Shown here piece after piece: positions 44,632 through 54,275 of a stretch of 64,000 nucleotides of DNA (positions are counted from its first letter, which is position 1; every line of letters begins with the position of its first letter). The position numbers were made by a program, and so were the translations under genes. The notes under the pieces were generated by a model. The model searched no databases, had not been told where the DNA came from, and saw only the letters and a list, made by a program, of their open reading frames with translations. Origin of the DNA: an uncultured Bacteroidales bacterium (lineage in GTDB: Bacteria; Bacteroidota; Bacteroidia; Bacteroidales; UBA932); assembly GCA_944326235.1 (NCBI GenBank), contig CALVDH010000009.1, positions 4,795 through 68,794 of the forward strand, written 5' to 3'.

Positions 44632-46971
44632 TTATCTGGTCCAGCCTGCCATCCAGTTGCTGTCGGCGGAGATGGCTCCGGCGAAGGAGGCAGACTCGAA
44701 GAATGAGTCGATGGTGCTGGCGTCAAGGTCTCCGGCAATGGTTCCGAAGAAGTTGTCGGTCAGGCTGAAGGTGTAGTCCACCTGGTTGTGGTTGGCCTCG
44801 GCGAGGAACATATCCTGGGTGTAGAGGATATTGTCGCTGTCGCTGGATACTCCGTTGGAAAGATATACGTGCTTGAGTACGGAGGTACCGTCGGCAAGAG
44901 CCTCCTCAGTGTGGGCGGTCTCTGTAGTCAGGGCGCGGGGCTTGCCGGTTACGATGGCGTTGTAGAGCTCGACCTCTGTACCGGCGCGGAGACGGATACC
45001 GCGTTTGTTCTCATCGGAGTTGTTGCCTACGAGGGTTACGTTTGCAAGAACGGGGTGGGAGATGGGAGCGGCTACCTCATCGTTGTCATTGTTGTCGCAC
45101 TCCATGAGGGCGTCGCACTCAGCGGAGATCTGGTAGGCTACCATGAACTGGCCCTTTCCGCTCCATCCTTCAGTCCAGTCGAAGGAGTCGTCGGTGTTGT
45201 CGGTGGATACGAGGTATCTAACGTTCACTGTGCCGCCGAACCACTCGAAGCCGTCGTCAGAACCGCCGTAGGCCTGGAGATGGTCCACTGTGGTGCCGTC
45301 ACCCACGCCGTAGAAGGTGAAGCCGTTGGCCTCTTTCTCCTCGGAGAAGGCGTATCCGCCGTACTCTACGCGGACGTACTGGAGAGTACCGGAGTTGTCG
45401 TGTGCGTCGTTTCCGCCGTAGGAGGCGTCACCGATCTCGGACTTGGCACCGGCACCGGCATTGATGGGGGCCTTGCCGCAGATGTGGATACCGCCCCATG
45501 CACCGGCTTCCTGCCTCTGGGCTGTCATCACGATGGGAGCGTCGGCTGTACCGCGGGCGTCGATCATGGCACCCTGCTCAATGAGGAGATAGTCTACGAT
45601 GTCGTCGTCCTGGGCTGTGATTACAGTACCGGGTTCAATGGTCAGAGTGGCTCCTTCCTTTACATGAAGGCCTCCGATAAGGATGTAATTGACACCTGCC
45701 CTGAGGGTCATGTCCTCGGTGATGTCGCCTTCGAGCTCTACAGTGGCGGTGCCTGTGCTGCCGCCGTCAGCGGAGAGGGCCCAGCCGCTGGTCCAGTCGT
45801 TGCCGGAGGGGAGGGCTCCAGCATAAGCTGCATTGTCGAAGAATGAGTCGATGCCGGAAGCGTCGAGACCGCCGTCAATTGTTCCCATAATGCTGTTGGT
45901 GAGCTCTGCTGCATAGCCCACAGCATTGTGGTTGTCATTTGCGAGGAAATCGTTCTGGTCGTAGAGGACAGAACCTTCCTCGTTGTCGCTCGAAACGCCG
46001 GAGGAAAGATAGACGTACTGGAGCTTGGAGGTGCCGTCGGCGAGGGCCTTCTCGGTGCCTTCGGTCTCAGTGGTCAGAGCGCGGCCCTTGCCGGTTACGA
46101 TGGCGTTGTATATCTCGGCCTGTGTGCCGGCGCGGAGACGTACACCGCGTCCGTCAGCTCCGTTGCCCACGAGGGTGACGTTGGAGAGAATGGGGTGGGA
46201 GATGGGCTCGGCATAGTTGTCATTGTCGTTGTTGTCAGCCTCGATGAGAGCGTCGCACTCGTCGGAGATCTGCTGGGCGATCATATACTGGCCCTTTCCG
46301 CACCAACCCTCTGTCCAGTCGAAGGAGTCGTCGGTGTTGTTGGTGGAGATCAGGTATTTCACGTTTACAGTACCGCCGAACCACTCGAATCCGTCGTCAG
46401 AGCCGTTGATGGCCTGGAGGTGGTCCACTGTGGTGCCGTCGCCCACACCGTAGAATGTGAAGCCGTTGGCCTCTTTCTCCTCGGAGAAGGCATATCCGCC
46501 GTACTCTACGCGGACGTACTGGAGGATACCGGAGTTGTCGTGAGGCTCGTTTCCGCCGTAGGAGGCGTCACCGATCTCGGACTTGGCGTCAGTGCCGGCG
46601 TTGATGGGGGCCTTGCCGCAGATGTGGAGGCCGCCCCATGCACCGGCTTCCTTACGGGTGGAGGTCATCACGATGGGAGCGCTTGCGGTACCGCGGGCGT
46701 CAATCATTGCGCCCTGCTCTATGAGGATGTAGTCTACCTGGTCGTCATCCTGGGCTACGATGGTCACACCGGGCTCGATGGTCAGAGTGGCGCCGGCCTT
46801 TACATGGAGGCCTCCGGTGAGGGTGTAGGTCTGACCCTCTTCGAGGATGCGGTTCTCGGTGATGTCGCCGATGAGGTCCACCTCAGGGTCAATGATCTGG
46901 GGATTTTTCTCTTCGCAGGATACAGCCACCATAGCTGCTCCGAGGGCGAGAATGAAAAGTTTTTTGTTCAT
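44632..46971 (-). CDS. lipoprotein made of two tandem ~380-aa modules (beta-helix-like), partner of the TonB-dependent receptor
   Basis: Lipobox VAVSC. Residues ~35-399 and ~415-779 are clearly homologous: GGLHVKxGATLTIEPG, WGGxHICGKAPIN, LQYVRVEYGGYAFSEEKEANGFTFYGVGDGTTVDHLQA, DGFEWFGGTVNV, DDSFDWTEGW. Confidence 0.7.
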   Translation of the reverse strand: MNKKLFILALGAAMVAVSCEEKNPQIIDPEVDLIGDITENRILEEGQTYTLTGGLHVKAGATLTIEPGVTIVAQDDDQVDYILIEQGAMIDARGTASAPIVMTSTRKEAGAWGGLHICGKAPINAGTDAKSEIGDASYGGNEPHDNSGILQYVRVEYGGYAFSEEKEANGFTFYGVGDGTTVDHLQAINGSDDGFEWFGGTVNVKYLISTNNTDDSFDWTEGWCGKGQYMIAQQISDECDALIEADNNDNDNYAEPISHPILSNVTLVGNGADGRGVRLRAGTQAEIYNAIVTGKGRALTTETEGTEKALADGTSKLQYVYLSSGVSSDNEEGSVLYDQNDFLANDNHNAVGYAAELTNSIMGTIDGGLDASGIDSFFDNAAYAGALPSGNDWTSGWALSADGGSTGTATVELEGDITEDMTLRAGVNYILIGGLHVKEGATLTIEPGTVITAQDDDIVDYLLIEQGAMIDARGTADAPIVMTAQRQEAGAWGGIHICGKAPINAGAGAKSEIGDASYGGNDAHDNSGTLQYVRVEYGGYAFSEEKEANGFTFYGVGDGTTVDHLQAYGGSDDGFEWFGGTVNVRYLVSTDNTDDSFDWTEGWSGKGQFMVAYQISAECDALMECDNNDNDEVAAPISHPVLANVTLVGNNSDENKRGIRLRAGTEVELYNAIVTGKPRALTTETAHTEEALADGTSVLKHVYLSNGVSSDSDNILYTQDMFLAEANHNQVDYTFSLTDNFFGTIAGDLDASTIDSFFESASFAGAISADSNWMAGWTR
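44635..46869. repeat. intragenic tandem duplication, period 1140 bp
   Basis: For example, 45311..45460 aligns with 46451..46600 with identical runs of 30-41 nt and roughly nine in ten positions matching by eye. Confidence 0.9.
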
Positions 46972-47010
46972 TTTTAAAAGATTTAGAAATGTTTATAATT
47001 TTTAATTTTT

Positions 47011-49740
47011 TTAAAAATCGAGTTTGACTCCCACTCCTATGCCTCTGCCGAGCCTGTAGCTCTCGGTCAGCATGTCAGTGCCGAGGTCGGGAACGTTCTG
47101 GGTGAAGCGGTATTCGGAGTCGAGCAGGTTGGTCAGGGAGAGTTCTACGCTCCATATCTTAGTAATCTGGTAGGCTATGTTGGCGTCAATGGTGTGGATG
47201 GGGGCCTGCATGATGTTGCCGAGTCCGTAGATACCCACTGCCTGGATGCGGGGGCCCTGGACGTTGTAGAGCAGGGAGACGGACAGGGATGATTCCTCGC
47301 CGAACTCGGGGGCGTAGGTGATGAAGGCGTTTCCGAGGTAGGGAGAGGCTCCCTGGAGGGCCCTGCGGCTGTCGGTGTAGATGCCGCCGTTGGCCAGTAG
47401 GGTTACGTCGGTGTACATCAGGGAGATGTTGCCGCCTACGGTGAAGTATCTGAAGGACTGGGTGCGGAACTCGGCCTCAAGACCGGCGGCCATACCCTGC
47501 TCGGCGTTCCTGAAGGTGTGTACGATGGCTCCGCCGGAGGTCTCCTGCACGCGCTCGATAGGGTCTTTCAGAATCTTGTAGTAGGCTCCTATCGAAAACA
47601 TGTGCTTGTTGTTTGTGGAGAAGTACTCGTACTTGAGGTCGAAGTTGTAGTTGTAGCCGTTGGTCAGCTGGTCGTTACCGCGTAGCTCGGCGCTTCCGTA
47701 GGACTCCTTATAGAGGAAGGGGGCCATCTCGATGAACGAGGGACGGGTAACGGTGATGGAGGAGGCGAAGCGGAAGGTATGCTTGTTCTTGAGGGTGTAC
47801 TTCACGTTAAGGGCGGGGAAGAAGTCGCCTTTGTTGAGACGGGAGATGCTTTCCCTTGAGGCGTCGTTCCAGTACTGTACCCACTGCTGCGAGTACTCGT
47901 AGCGGACTCCGAGGCCTAACATCAGGTCGGTCAGGGGGTAGTACTCCACCTCTGCGAAACCGGCTATGATACGGTGCCCGGCGTAGTAGTTGTTCTTGGG
48001 CTGGGCATCCCTGTCGATGGTGATGAGACCGTCGGCTATGCTCTGGGAGTTGAGGAAGGAGGAGGGGGTGTAGATGTCGCTGATGACGGGGTTGATGCCG
48101 GTCAGGTTGTAGTAGAACCTCATCGAGTTGTAGTCACGGGTCTTGTCCTTGTAGGCGGCTCCGAAGATGAGGCGGCTCTGCTCGCCGAAGTGGAAGGTGG
48201 GCTTGACCTCACCGACGATTTCCTGCTCGGAGAGCTCTCCGAAGTAGCGCATGGTCTCCTGGCGGTTGAGCTTGAAGAGGGACAGGCTGCCGTCCTCGCC
48301 CTTGCGGTACATTACCTGGCGGCGGTCAGGCTCGTTGCTGTCGGTCATGCCGTAGGACACTTTCCAGTCCAGGTTCCAATGGGGATGCAGGGTGTGGCTG
48401 CCTCCGAGCTGGGTGTTCCACAGGGAGTAGGAGTGTGCTATGGAGTTGCTGCCGAGAAGCATGTTGTCCTCTGCGTCATAGCCGTCGCGGAGCTTGTAGT
48501 CTTCCATGGCGTTCTTGGCGTACAGGGTGGTCAGGCTTATCTTGTCGCCGTTCTGGAAGAGATAGCTGAGGCTCAGCAGTCCGGTCAGGTCAAGACTGTG
48601 TTCGTAAGCGTTGTAGGTGAACTCGTCCATGTGCTGGCCCTGTGTATTGATGTTGGTGATGTAGGCGTCGTAGATGTTTTGGCTGCCGGAGGATATGGAG
48701 GCGGAGGCCAGGAGGCTGAGCTCGTCTCCGTTCCTGAGACCGAAGGTGCGTCCTCCGGATACCGAGCCGGAGATGTCGGGCAGGGCCATCGACTTGCGGA
48801 TGTCGAACGAGGTGCCGAAGGGGTCGTTGTCCACGATGTACTCGCGGAAGTCGGGCAGGCTCATTTCGCGGACATTGCGGGGCAGGTTGTTGTCATGGAG
48901 CAGCCATCCGTTGCGGTCCGGGCGGTAGGTGTCGGTAAATGTGGTGCCGATGGTTCCGTTGAGGCCCAGGGAGACGGAGAGGAAACTGTCCTCGATGTTC
49001 TCCTTGGTGGCAATGTCGATATGCGCTCCGGAGTAGTCGGCGAAGCTGGTCGCGGTGTAGACCTTGGTCACGGTGATGTTCTGGAGCACCGAACTGGAGA
49101 AGATATCCAGGGGGATGAGCTTGTTGTCCGGGTTCGGGGAGGCTACCGGCAGTCCGTTGAGGGTAGTAAGGCTGTAGCGGTCGCCGAGTCCGCGGACGAA
49201 GAGCTGGCCGGAGCTGTTGAACGATACGCCGCTCATGGTCTCCACGGCCTCGGCCACGTTGGAGAGGCCCTTCGCAGATATCTCCGCCGCTCCTATGTTC
49301 TCCACGGCCTGGGCCGATACCTTGCGGTCGTTGATCAGGGCACCGACGGACTCGGGGTCCTTGCGGGCCACGATCACTGCGGTTTCCAGTGTCTCCGACT
49401 GGAATGTCATGTTGAGGTCCAGGGTGAGCTCATCGCCCTTCCCCAGTTTGATGACCTGGGACTTGAGGTCGTCGTAGCTTATGAAATAGAGGCCCAGGAC
49501 ACCCTCGACACCTTCAGGTATCTGGAGGATGTAGCTCCCGTCGGCCTCGGTCTGCGTGCCGGTCATATTCGCGGTAGGGTCATCCACAACCCTCTCGAAC
49601 ATGACTACTACGCCTGCGAGCTGCTCTCCGGTCTCACTGTCGCGGACCACGCCCTTGACAGTCTGTGCCAGTGCCGCCGCACTGTTGAATAAAATGAAAG
49701 TAGAGATGATGAAAACTGCTTTTAGAAGAAATCTGTTCAT
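47011..49740 (-). CDS. TonB-dependent receptor with CarboxypepD_reg-like N-domain
   Basis: Signal peptide, TVKGVVRDSETGEQLAGVVV, plug region, and a long beta-barrel ending GVGVKLDF. Confidence 0.9.
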   Translation of the reverse strand: MNRFLLKAVFIISTFILFNSAAALAQTVKGVVRDSETGEQLAGVVVMFERVVDDPTANMTGTQTEADGSYILQIPEGVEGVLGLYFISYDDLKSQVIKLGKGDELTLDLNMTFQSETLETAVIVARKDPESVGALINDRKVSAQAVENIGAAEISAKGLSNVAEAVETMSGVSFNSSGQLFVRGLGDRYSLTTLNGLPVASPNPDNKLIPLDIFSSSVLQNITVTKVYTATSFADYSGAHIDIATKENIEDSFLSVSLGLNGTIGTTFTDTYRPDRNGWLLHDNNLPRNVREMSLPDFREYIVDNDPFGTSFDIRKSMALPDISGSVSGGRTFGLRNGDELSLLASASISSGSQNIYDAYITNINTQGQHMDEFTYNAYEHSLDLTGLLSLSYLFQNGDKISLTTLYAKNAMEDYKLRDGYDAEDNMLLGSNSIAHSYSLWNTQLGGSHTLHPHWNLDWKVSYGMTDSNEPDRRQVMYRKGEDGSLSLFKLNRQETMRYFGELSEQEIVGEVKPTFHFGEQSRLIFGAAYKDKTRDYNSMRFYYNLTGINPVISDIYTPSSFLNSQSIADGLITIDRDAQPKNNYYAGHRIIAGFAEVEYYPLTDLMLGLGVRYEYSQQWVQYWNDASRESISRLNKGDFFPALNVKYTLKNKHTFRFASSITVTRPSFIEMAPFLYKESYGSAELRGNDQLTNGYNYNFDLKYEYFSTNNKHMFSIGAYYKILKDPIERVQETSGGAIVHTFRNAEQGMAAGLEAEFRTQSFRYFTVGGNISLMYTDVTLLANGGIYTDSRRALQGASPYLGNAFITYAPEFGEESSLSVSLLYNVQGPRIQAVGIYGLGNIMQAPIHTIDANIAYQITKIWSVELSLTNLLDSEYRFTQNVPDLGTDMLTESYRLGRGIGVGVKLDF

Positions 49741-49764
49741 ATATGCTTTCCTGTTTTACGGCCG

Positions 49765-49772
49765 CAAAAGTA
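49765..49772 (-). promoter_or_regulatory. -7 box candidate for the TonB receptor operon
   Basis: CAAAAGTA on the plus strand equals TACTTTTG on the minus strand, 24 nt from the ATG at 49740. Confidence 0.45.
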
Positions 49773-49919
49773 TGCCCCGCGTGTTTCAGCAGTGATACGG
49801 GCGGATTAAAATCATATTACGCGGTGTTACGTGAATGTAGCAGAAGTTTCAATGATGTTACGGCTGTTTCGGCAATATGTTGTATCTTAGATGCTTGAAT
49901 TGTAACATCGCCTGTAACC

Positions 49920-51899
49920 ATGAGTCACAGAAACACCATTTTCCGCCTTCTCACGGCCCTTCTGGCCGTATTGACGCTCATCCCTGCCGGTCTTGCCGCC
50001 CGCGGTACCGGAGAGCACCGCATCATTCCCCGTCCTGCCTCAATCCATTTTACTTCAGGAGTTTATGATCCTGCGGCCGCTTCTTCTGCCGGCCCTGACG
50101 TGCGGATAAGTCCCCGTCCCGGAGCCGTGTCCGGAGCTTACCGCCTGCGGGTGACCCCCGGGGGTGTGCAGGTCGAGGCCGCCGACAGCGCCGGGGCCTT
50201 CTACGCCATGCAGACCCTGGAGGCGCTGCGGGACCCGGCCACAGGCATTGTCCCATGCGTGGAGGTGGAGGACGCGCCCCGCTTCCAGTGGAGGGGTTTC
50301 ATGCAGGACGTGTCCCGGCATTTTTTCAGCATAGAGTACCTGAAGAGGCAGATAGACGCCATGGCCCGCCTGAAGCTCAATGTCCTGCACCTGCATCTGA
50401 CCGATGCCGCCGGCTGGAGGGTGGAGATAGACCGCTATCCCCGGCTGACCTCCTTCGCTGCGTGGAGAGAGGGAGCGCTGTGGAAGGACTGGTGGTTCGG
50501 AGAGCGGAAGTACCTGCCGGAGGGTACGCCCGGAGCCTACGGGGGATATTATACCAAGGAGGAGCTGAGGGAGCTGGTGCAGTATGCGGCGGAGCGCTGC
50601 ATCACCATTGTCCCCGAGATAGAGATGCCCTCGCATTCGGAGGAGGTGCTGACCGCCTATCCGGAGCTTTCGTGTACGGGAGAGCCTTACCGGCACTCCG
50701 ATTTCTGCATAGGTAAGGAGGAAACGTTTGAGTTTATTGAAAATGTACTCACGGAGATAATGGAGGTTTTCCCCTCGCAGTACATCCATATCGGAGGGGA
50801 CGAGGCGTCCAAAAAAGCCTGGGCGGAATGTCCGCTGTGCCAGGCCCGCATGAAGGCGGAAGGTCTGGCGGATGTGGACGAACTACAGAGTTACATGATC
50901 AGACGGATAGGCCGTTTCCTCGAGGCTCACGGGCGGACGCCGGTCGGCTGGGACGAGATACTTCAGGGCGGGGCGGATTCGGCCGCAGTGGTCATGGCGT
51001 GGCGGAGCGTGGAGGAGGGAGAACGGGCCGCCTCGGGAGGCAACCGAACGGTCATGACCCCCGGAGCGTATTGTTATTTCGACACTTATCAGGACGATCC
51101 CTCCACGCTGCCTACGGCTATGGGCGGATATCTGCCGCTGTCTAAAGTCTACTCTTTCGAGCCTGTACCATCCGGGCTCTCCCCCGATGAAGCCGCGAAG
51201 ATAATAGGTGTGCAGGCCAATCTCTGGTGCGAATATGTCCCCACGGAGCAGCATGCCGAGCTGATGATCTACCCCCGGCTCTATGCCCTCGCGGAGGTGG
51301 CCTGGAGTCCCGCGTCCGGCCGGGACTATGAGGATTTCCACCGGCGGGCGCTGGCGCTGTGTGCTCAGATGGAGGCAGAGGGGTACAATGTTTTCGACCT
51401 GGCCCGCGAGGTGGGGGACCGTCCCGCCTCACAGCAGCCTGTGGAGCATCTGGCCCGGGGATGTAAGGTTATCTACAATGCGCCTTATAATTCCACGTAT
51501 GCCGCAGGAGGGGATACGGCTCTCACGGATGGTCTGCACGGGGGCTGGACCTACGGGGACGGCCGGTGGCAGGGCTTCATCTCCCGGGGGCGGCTCGATG
51601 TGACCGTGGACCTGGGCCGGGTGCAGGATGTATGCTCGGTGGAGCTGGACTTCATGCAGGTCTGCGGCCCGGAGGTCTTCCTGCCCGCGGAGGTGGTCAT
51701 CTCCGCATCTTCGGACGGGGTTAGTTTTGTGGAACTGCGGCGCATCACCCGCGAGGTGGTACGCGATGACCGCGTCACCTTCGTCACTGACGGCTGGTAT
51801 GCGGACGGTCAGGCTGTCTCCGCCCGCTACATCCGCGTCCAGGCCCGCTCCGGCCCCTACGGCGGATGGGTCTTCACCGACGAGATAGTCGTCCGCTGA
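49920..51899 (+). CDS. GH20 beta-N-acetylhexosaminidase with C-terminal discoidin-like domain
   Basis: Motifs LNVLHLHLTD and HIGGDE (catalytic D-E), plus a C-terminal ~150-aa F5/8-type-C-like tail. Signal peptide present. Confidence 0.9.
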   Translation: MSHRNTIFRLLTALLAVLTLIPAGLAARGTGEHRIIPRPASIHFTSGVYDPAAASSAGPDVRISPRPGAVSGAYRLRVTPGGVQVEAADSAGAFYAMQTLEALRDPATGIVPCVEVEDAPRFQWRGFMQDVSRHFFSIEYLKRQIDAMARLKLNVLHLHLTDAAGWRVEIDRYPRLTSFAAWREGALWKDWWFGERKYLPEGTPGAYGGYYTKEELRELVQYAAERCITIVPEIEMPSHSEEVLTAYPELSCTGEPYRHSDFCIGKEETFEFIENVLTEIMEVFPSQYIHIGGDEASKKAWAECPLCQARMKAEGLADVDELQSYMIRRIGRFLEAHGRTPVGWDEILQGGADSAAVVMAWRSVEEGERAASGGNRTVMTPGAYCYFDTYQDDPSTLPTAMGGYLPLSKVYSFEPVPSGLSPDEAAKIIGVQANLWCEYVPTEQHAELMIYPRLYALAEVAWSPASGRDYEDFHRRALALCAQMEAEGYNVFDLAREVGDRPASQQPVEHLARGCKVIYNAPYNSTYAAGGDTALTDGLHGGWTYGDGRWQGFISRGRLDVTVDLGRVQDVCSVELDFMQVCGPEVFLPAEVVISASSDGVSFVELRRITREVVRDDRVTFVTDGWYADGQAVSARYIRVQARSGPYGGWVFTDEIVVR

Positions 51900-54017
51900 T
51901 TATTTTGTCGGGACGCGGAGGGCCCGCATGGCGTTGAGGACGGCCAGGACGGTGACGCCGACGTCGGCGAAGACGGCGAGCCACAGGGTGCCGAGGCCGA
52001 AGGCGGCGAGGAGCAGGATGGCGGCCTTGATGCCGATGGCCAGCCAGACGTTCTGGCGGGCGATGCGGAGGGTGCGGCGGGAGATGGAGACGGCCGTTGC
52101 GATCTTGGTGGGACGGTCGTCCATCAGCACCACGTCGGCGGCCTCTATGGCGGCGTCGCTGCCGAGTCCGCCCATGGCGATGCCCACATCTGCCCGCTTG
52201 AGCACCGGGGCGTCGTTGATGCCGTCCCCGACGAAGGCGAGACTGGTTCCCCGTGGCTTGGCAGCCAGCAGCTCTTCCAGGCACCGGACCTTGTCGGCTG
52301 GCAGCAGGCCGGCGCGGTAGGAGCCGATTCCGATCCTGGAGGCCACGTCGCGGGCCGTTTCCTCCCTGTCGCCGGTCAGCATGACGGTATCTCCGACCCC
52401 GAGCCGCCGGAGGGCCGCTATTGCTTCCGCGCTGTCCTCCTTCACCCTGTCATTGATGACGATGTGCCCGGCGTATTGTCCCTCCACCGCTACGTGGATG
52501 ATGGTGCCGGTGCGGTGACAGTCGTGCCATGCCGCTCCGACAGCCTCCATCATCCGGGCGTTGCCTACGCAGACCGTGCGGCCTTCCACATTGGCCCTGA
52601 TGCCCTGACCGGCGATTTCCTCCACGTCAGTGACTGAGCAGCCGTCGGTCGCCTCGTTGGGGAATGCCGCCCTGAGGGCCTCGCCTATCGGATGGGTGGA
52701 GAAATGCTCCACGTGGGCGGCCAGATGCAGGAGCTCGTGCTCCGTGATGGCTGCGGGGGCTGCTGATCCGGGCTTTGCGGCTGCTTCCGGATGCACGGCC
52801 TCCACTGCGAATTCTCCTCGGGTGAGGGTGCCGGTCTTGTCGAATACCACTGTCCCGACATTTGCCAGGGAGTCCATGAAGCTGCTGCCCTTGATGAGGA
52901 TGCCTCTGCGGGAGGCGCCGCCCAGACCGCCGAAGAAGGTGAGGGGAACGCTGATTACCAGGGCGCAGGGGCAGGATACCACTAAGAAAATGAGGGCGCG
53001 GTGGAACCAGGTGGCGAAGGAGGAGGCGAAGCCGTTTCCGGACAGCAGCGGCGGTACGAATGCCAGCAGGAGGGCGACGGAGACCACGATCGGGGTGTAG
53101 ATGCGGGCGAAGCGGGTGATGAAGGATTCGCTGCGGGATTTGCGGGAGTCGGCGTTTTCCACGAGCCGGATGATCTTCGAGACGGTGCTCTCGCCGAAGG
53201 TTTTCGTAGTCCTGATGCGGAGGACACCGGAGAGGTTGATGCAGCCGGAGGCCACGTCGTCACCTTTTTCGACGTCCCGGGGCAGGCTCTCTCCGGTGAG
53301 GGCCACGGTGTTGAGCGAGGACGAGCCTTCGATGACCGTGCCGTCGAGAGGTATTTTGTCTCCGGGCCTGACCACGATGATCTCTCCCGGCCTGACCCCT
53401 TCCGGAGACACCGTCTGCGTCCTGCACCCGCGTTCCACCTCTGCCGTATCCGGTCTTATCTCCATCAGATGCGATATGCTGTCCCGGCTCCGGCCTTCTG
53501 CGTAACTCTCGAACAGCTCGCCCACGGCGAAGAAAAGCATGACAAAGACCGCTTCCGGGAATTCAGTCTCCGCTCCGGGCAGAAAGCCGATGCAGAGGGC
53601 GCCGATGGTGGCGACGGACATCAGGAAGTGCTCGTTGAAGATGTTTCCGTGCGCGATTCCCTCCGCCGCTTCCTTGAGGGTGCCGGAACCGATGAGCAGA
53701 TAGGGAACGAGATAGACGAGAAGCAGCTGCCAGGTCTGCAGGGCGCAGTATCTCTCGATGAGGACGGCTGCGGCGAGCAGGACGGCTGTGACGGCGATGA
53801 GGGTTATCTGCCGCTTTGTGCTGCTGTGGGCGTGACGGTGATGCTCGTGCTTGTGCTCGTGGTTGTTGTGCCCCTCTGTGTCCTCATGGGTGTGACAGCT
53901 GTGACAGCTGTGGCTGCCGTGAGCCTTGCCGTCGGATTTCAGCAGGTTTTCGCTTTGTATTGGCTGTGCCTGCAGTTCATTTTCCTGAGGTATCGCACGC
54001 TGTTGCTGTTCTCTCAT
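51900..54017 (-). CDS. heavy-metal translocating P1B-type ATPase (Zn/Cd/Co-type)
   Basis: His/Cys-rich N-terminus (HGSHSCHSCHTHEDTEGHNNHEHKHEHHRHAHS), CPC in VSCPCALV, DKTGTLT and GDGINDAP. Confidence 0.93.
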   Translation of the reverse strand: MREQQQRAIPQENELQAQPIQSENLLKSDGKAHGSHSCHSCHTHEDTEGHNNHEHKHEHHRHAHSSTKRQITLIAVTAVLLAAAVLIERYCALQTWQLLLVYLVPYLLIGSGTLKEAAEGIAHGNIFNEHFLMSVATIGALCIGFLPGAETEFPEAVFVMLFFAVGELFESYAEGRSRDSISHLMEIRPDTAEVERGCRTQTVSPEGVRPGEIIVVRPGDKIPLDGTVIEGSSSLNTVALTGESLPRDVEKGDDVASGCINLSGVLRIRTTKTFGESTVSKIIRLVENADSRKSRSESFITRFARIYTPIVVSVALLLAFVPPLLSGNGFASSFATWFHRALIFLVVSCPCALVISVPLTFFGGLGGASRRGILIKGSSFMDSLANVGTVVFDKTGTLTRGEFAVEAVHPEAAAKPGSAAPAAITEHELLHLAAHVEHFSTHPIGEALRAAFPNEATDGCSVTDVEEIAGQGIRANVEGRTVCVGNARMMEAVGAAWHDCHRTGTIIHVAVEGQYAGHIVINDRVKEDSAEAIAALRRLGVGDTVMLTGDREETARDVASRIGIGSYRAGLLPADKVRCLEELLAAKPRGTSLAFVGDGINDAPVLKRADVGIAMGGLGSDAAIEAADVVLMDDRPTKIATAVSISRRTLRIARQNVWLAIGIKAAILLLAAFGLGTLWLAVFADVGVTVLAVLNAMRALRVPTK

Positions 54018-54105
54018 AAACTTTTATTTTGTTATTTTGTTTATGGTGCGAAATTACAGATGCCGGGATGCAACTAAGTTTCAGAGGGCGGGCCGGATGT
54101 CAGTT

Positions 54106-54120
54106 TGCAACCGGGTTGCA
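54106..54120. promoter_or_regulatory. perfect 15-bp palindrome TGCAACCGGGTTGCA upstream of the P1B ATPase
   Basis: Read directly. Lies about 90 nt upstream of the ATG at 54017, in the 258-bp Fur-ATPase spacer. A half-site-like ATGCAAC occurs again at about 54068. Confidence 0.3.
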
Positions 54121-54275
54121 TGATGGGGAATGGTTGTGGTGGTCAGGATGGAGCTGATGACTAGGATGCTTGAGTTCTGCCTATGCCGTGGCAGCGGCTA
54201 TGATTATGGCACTGCTCCGTCTGGTTACTGTATGGTTTGGGCTCAGCCTGATTTGTGGCAGTTGCGTCTGTGCGC

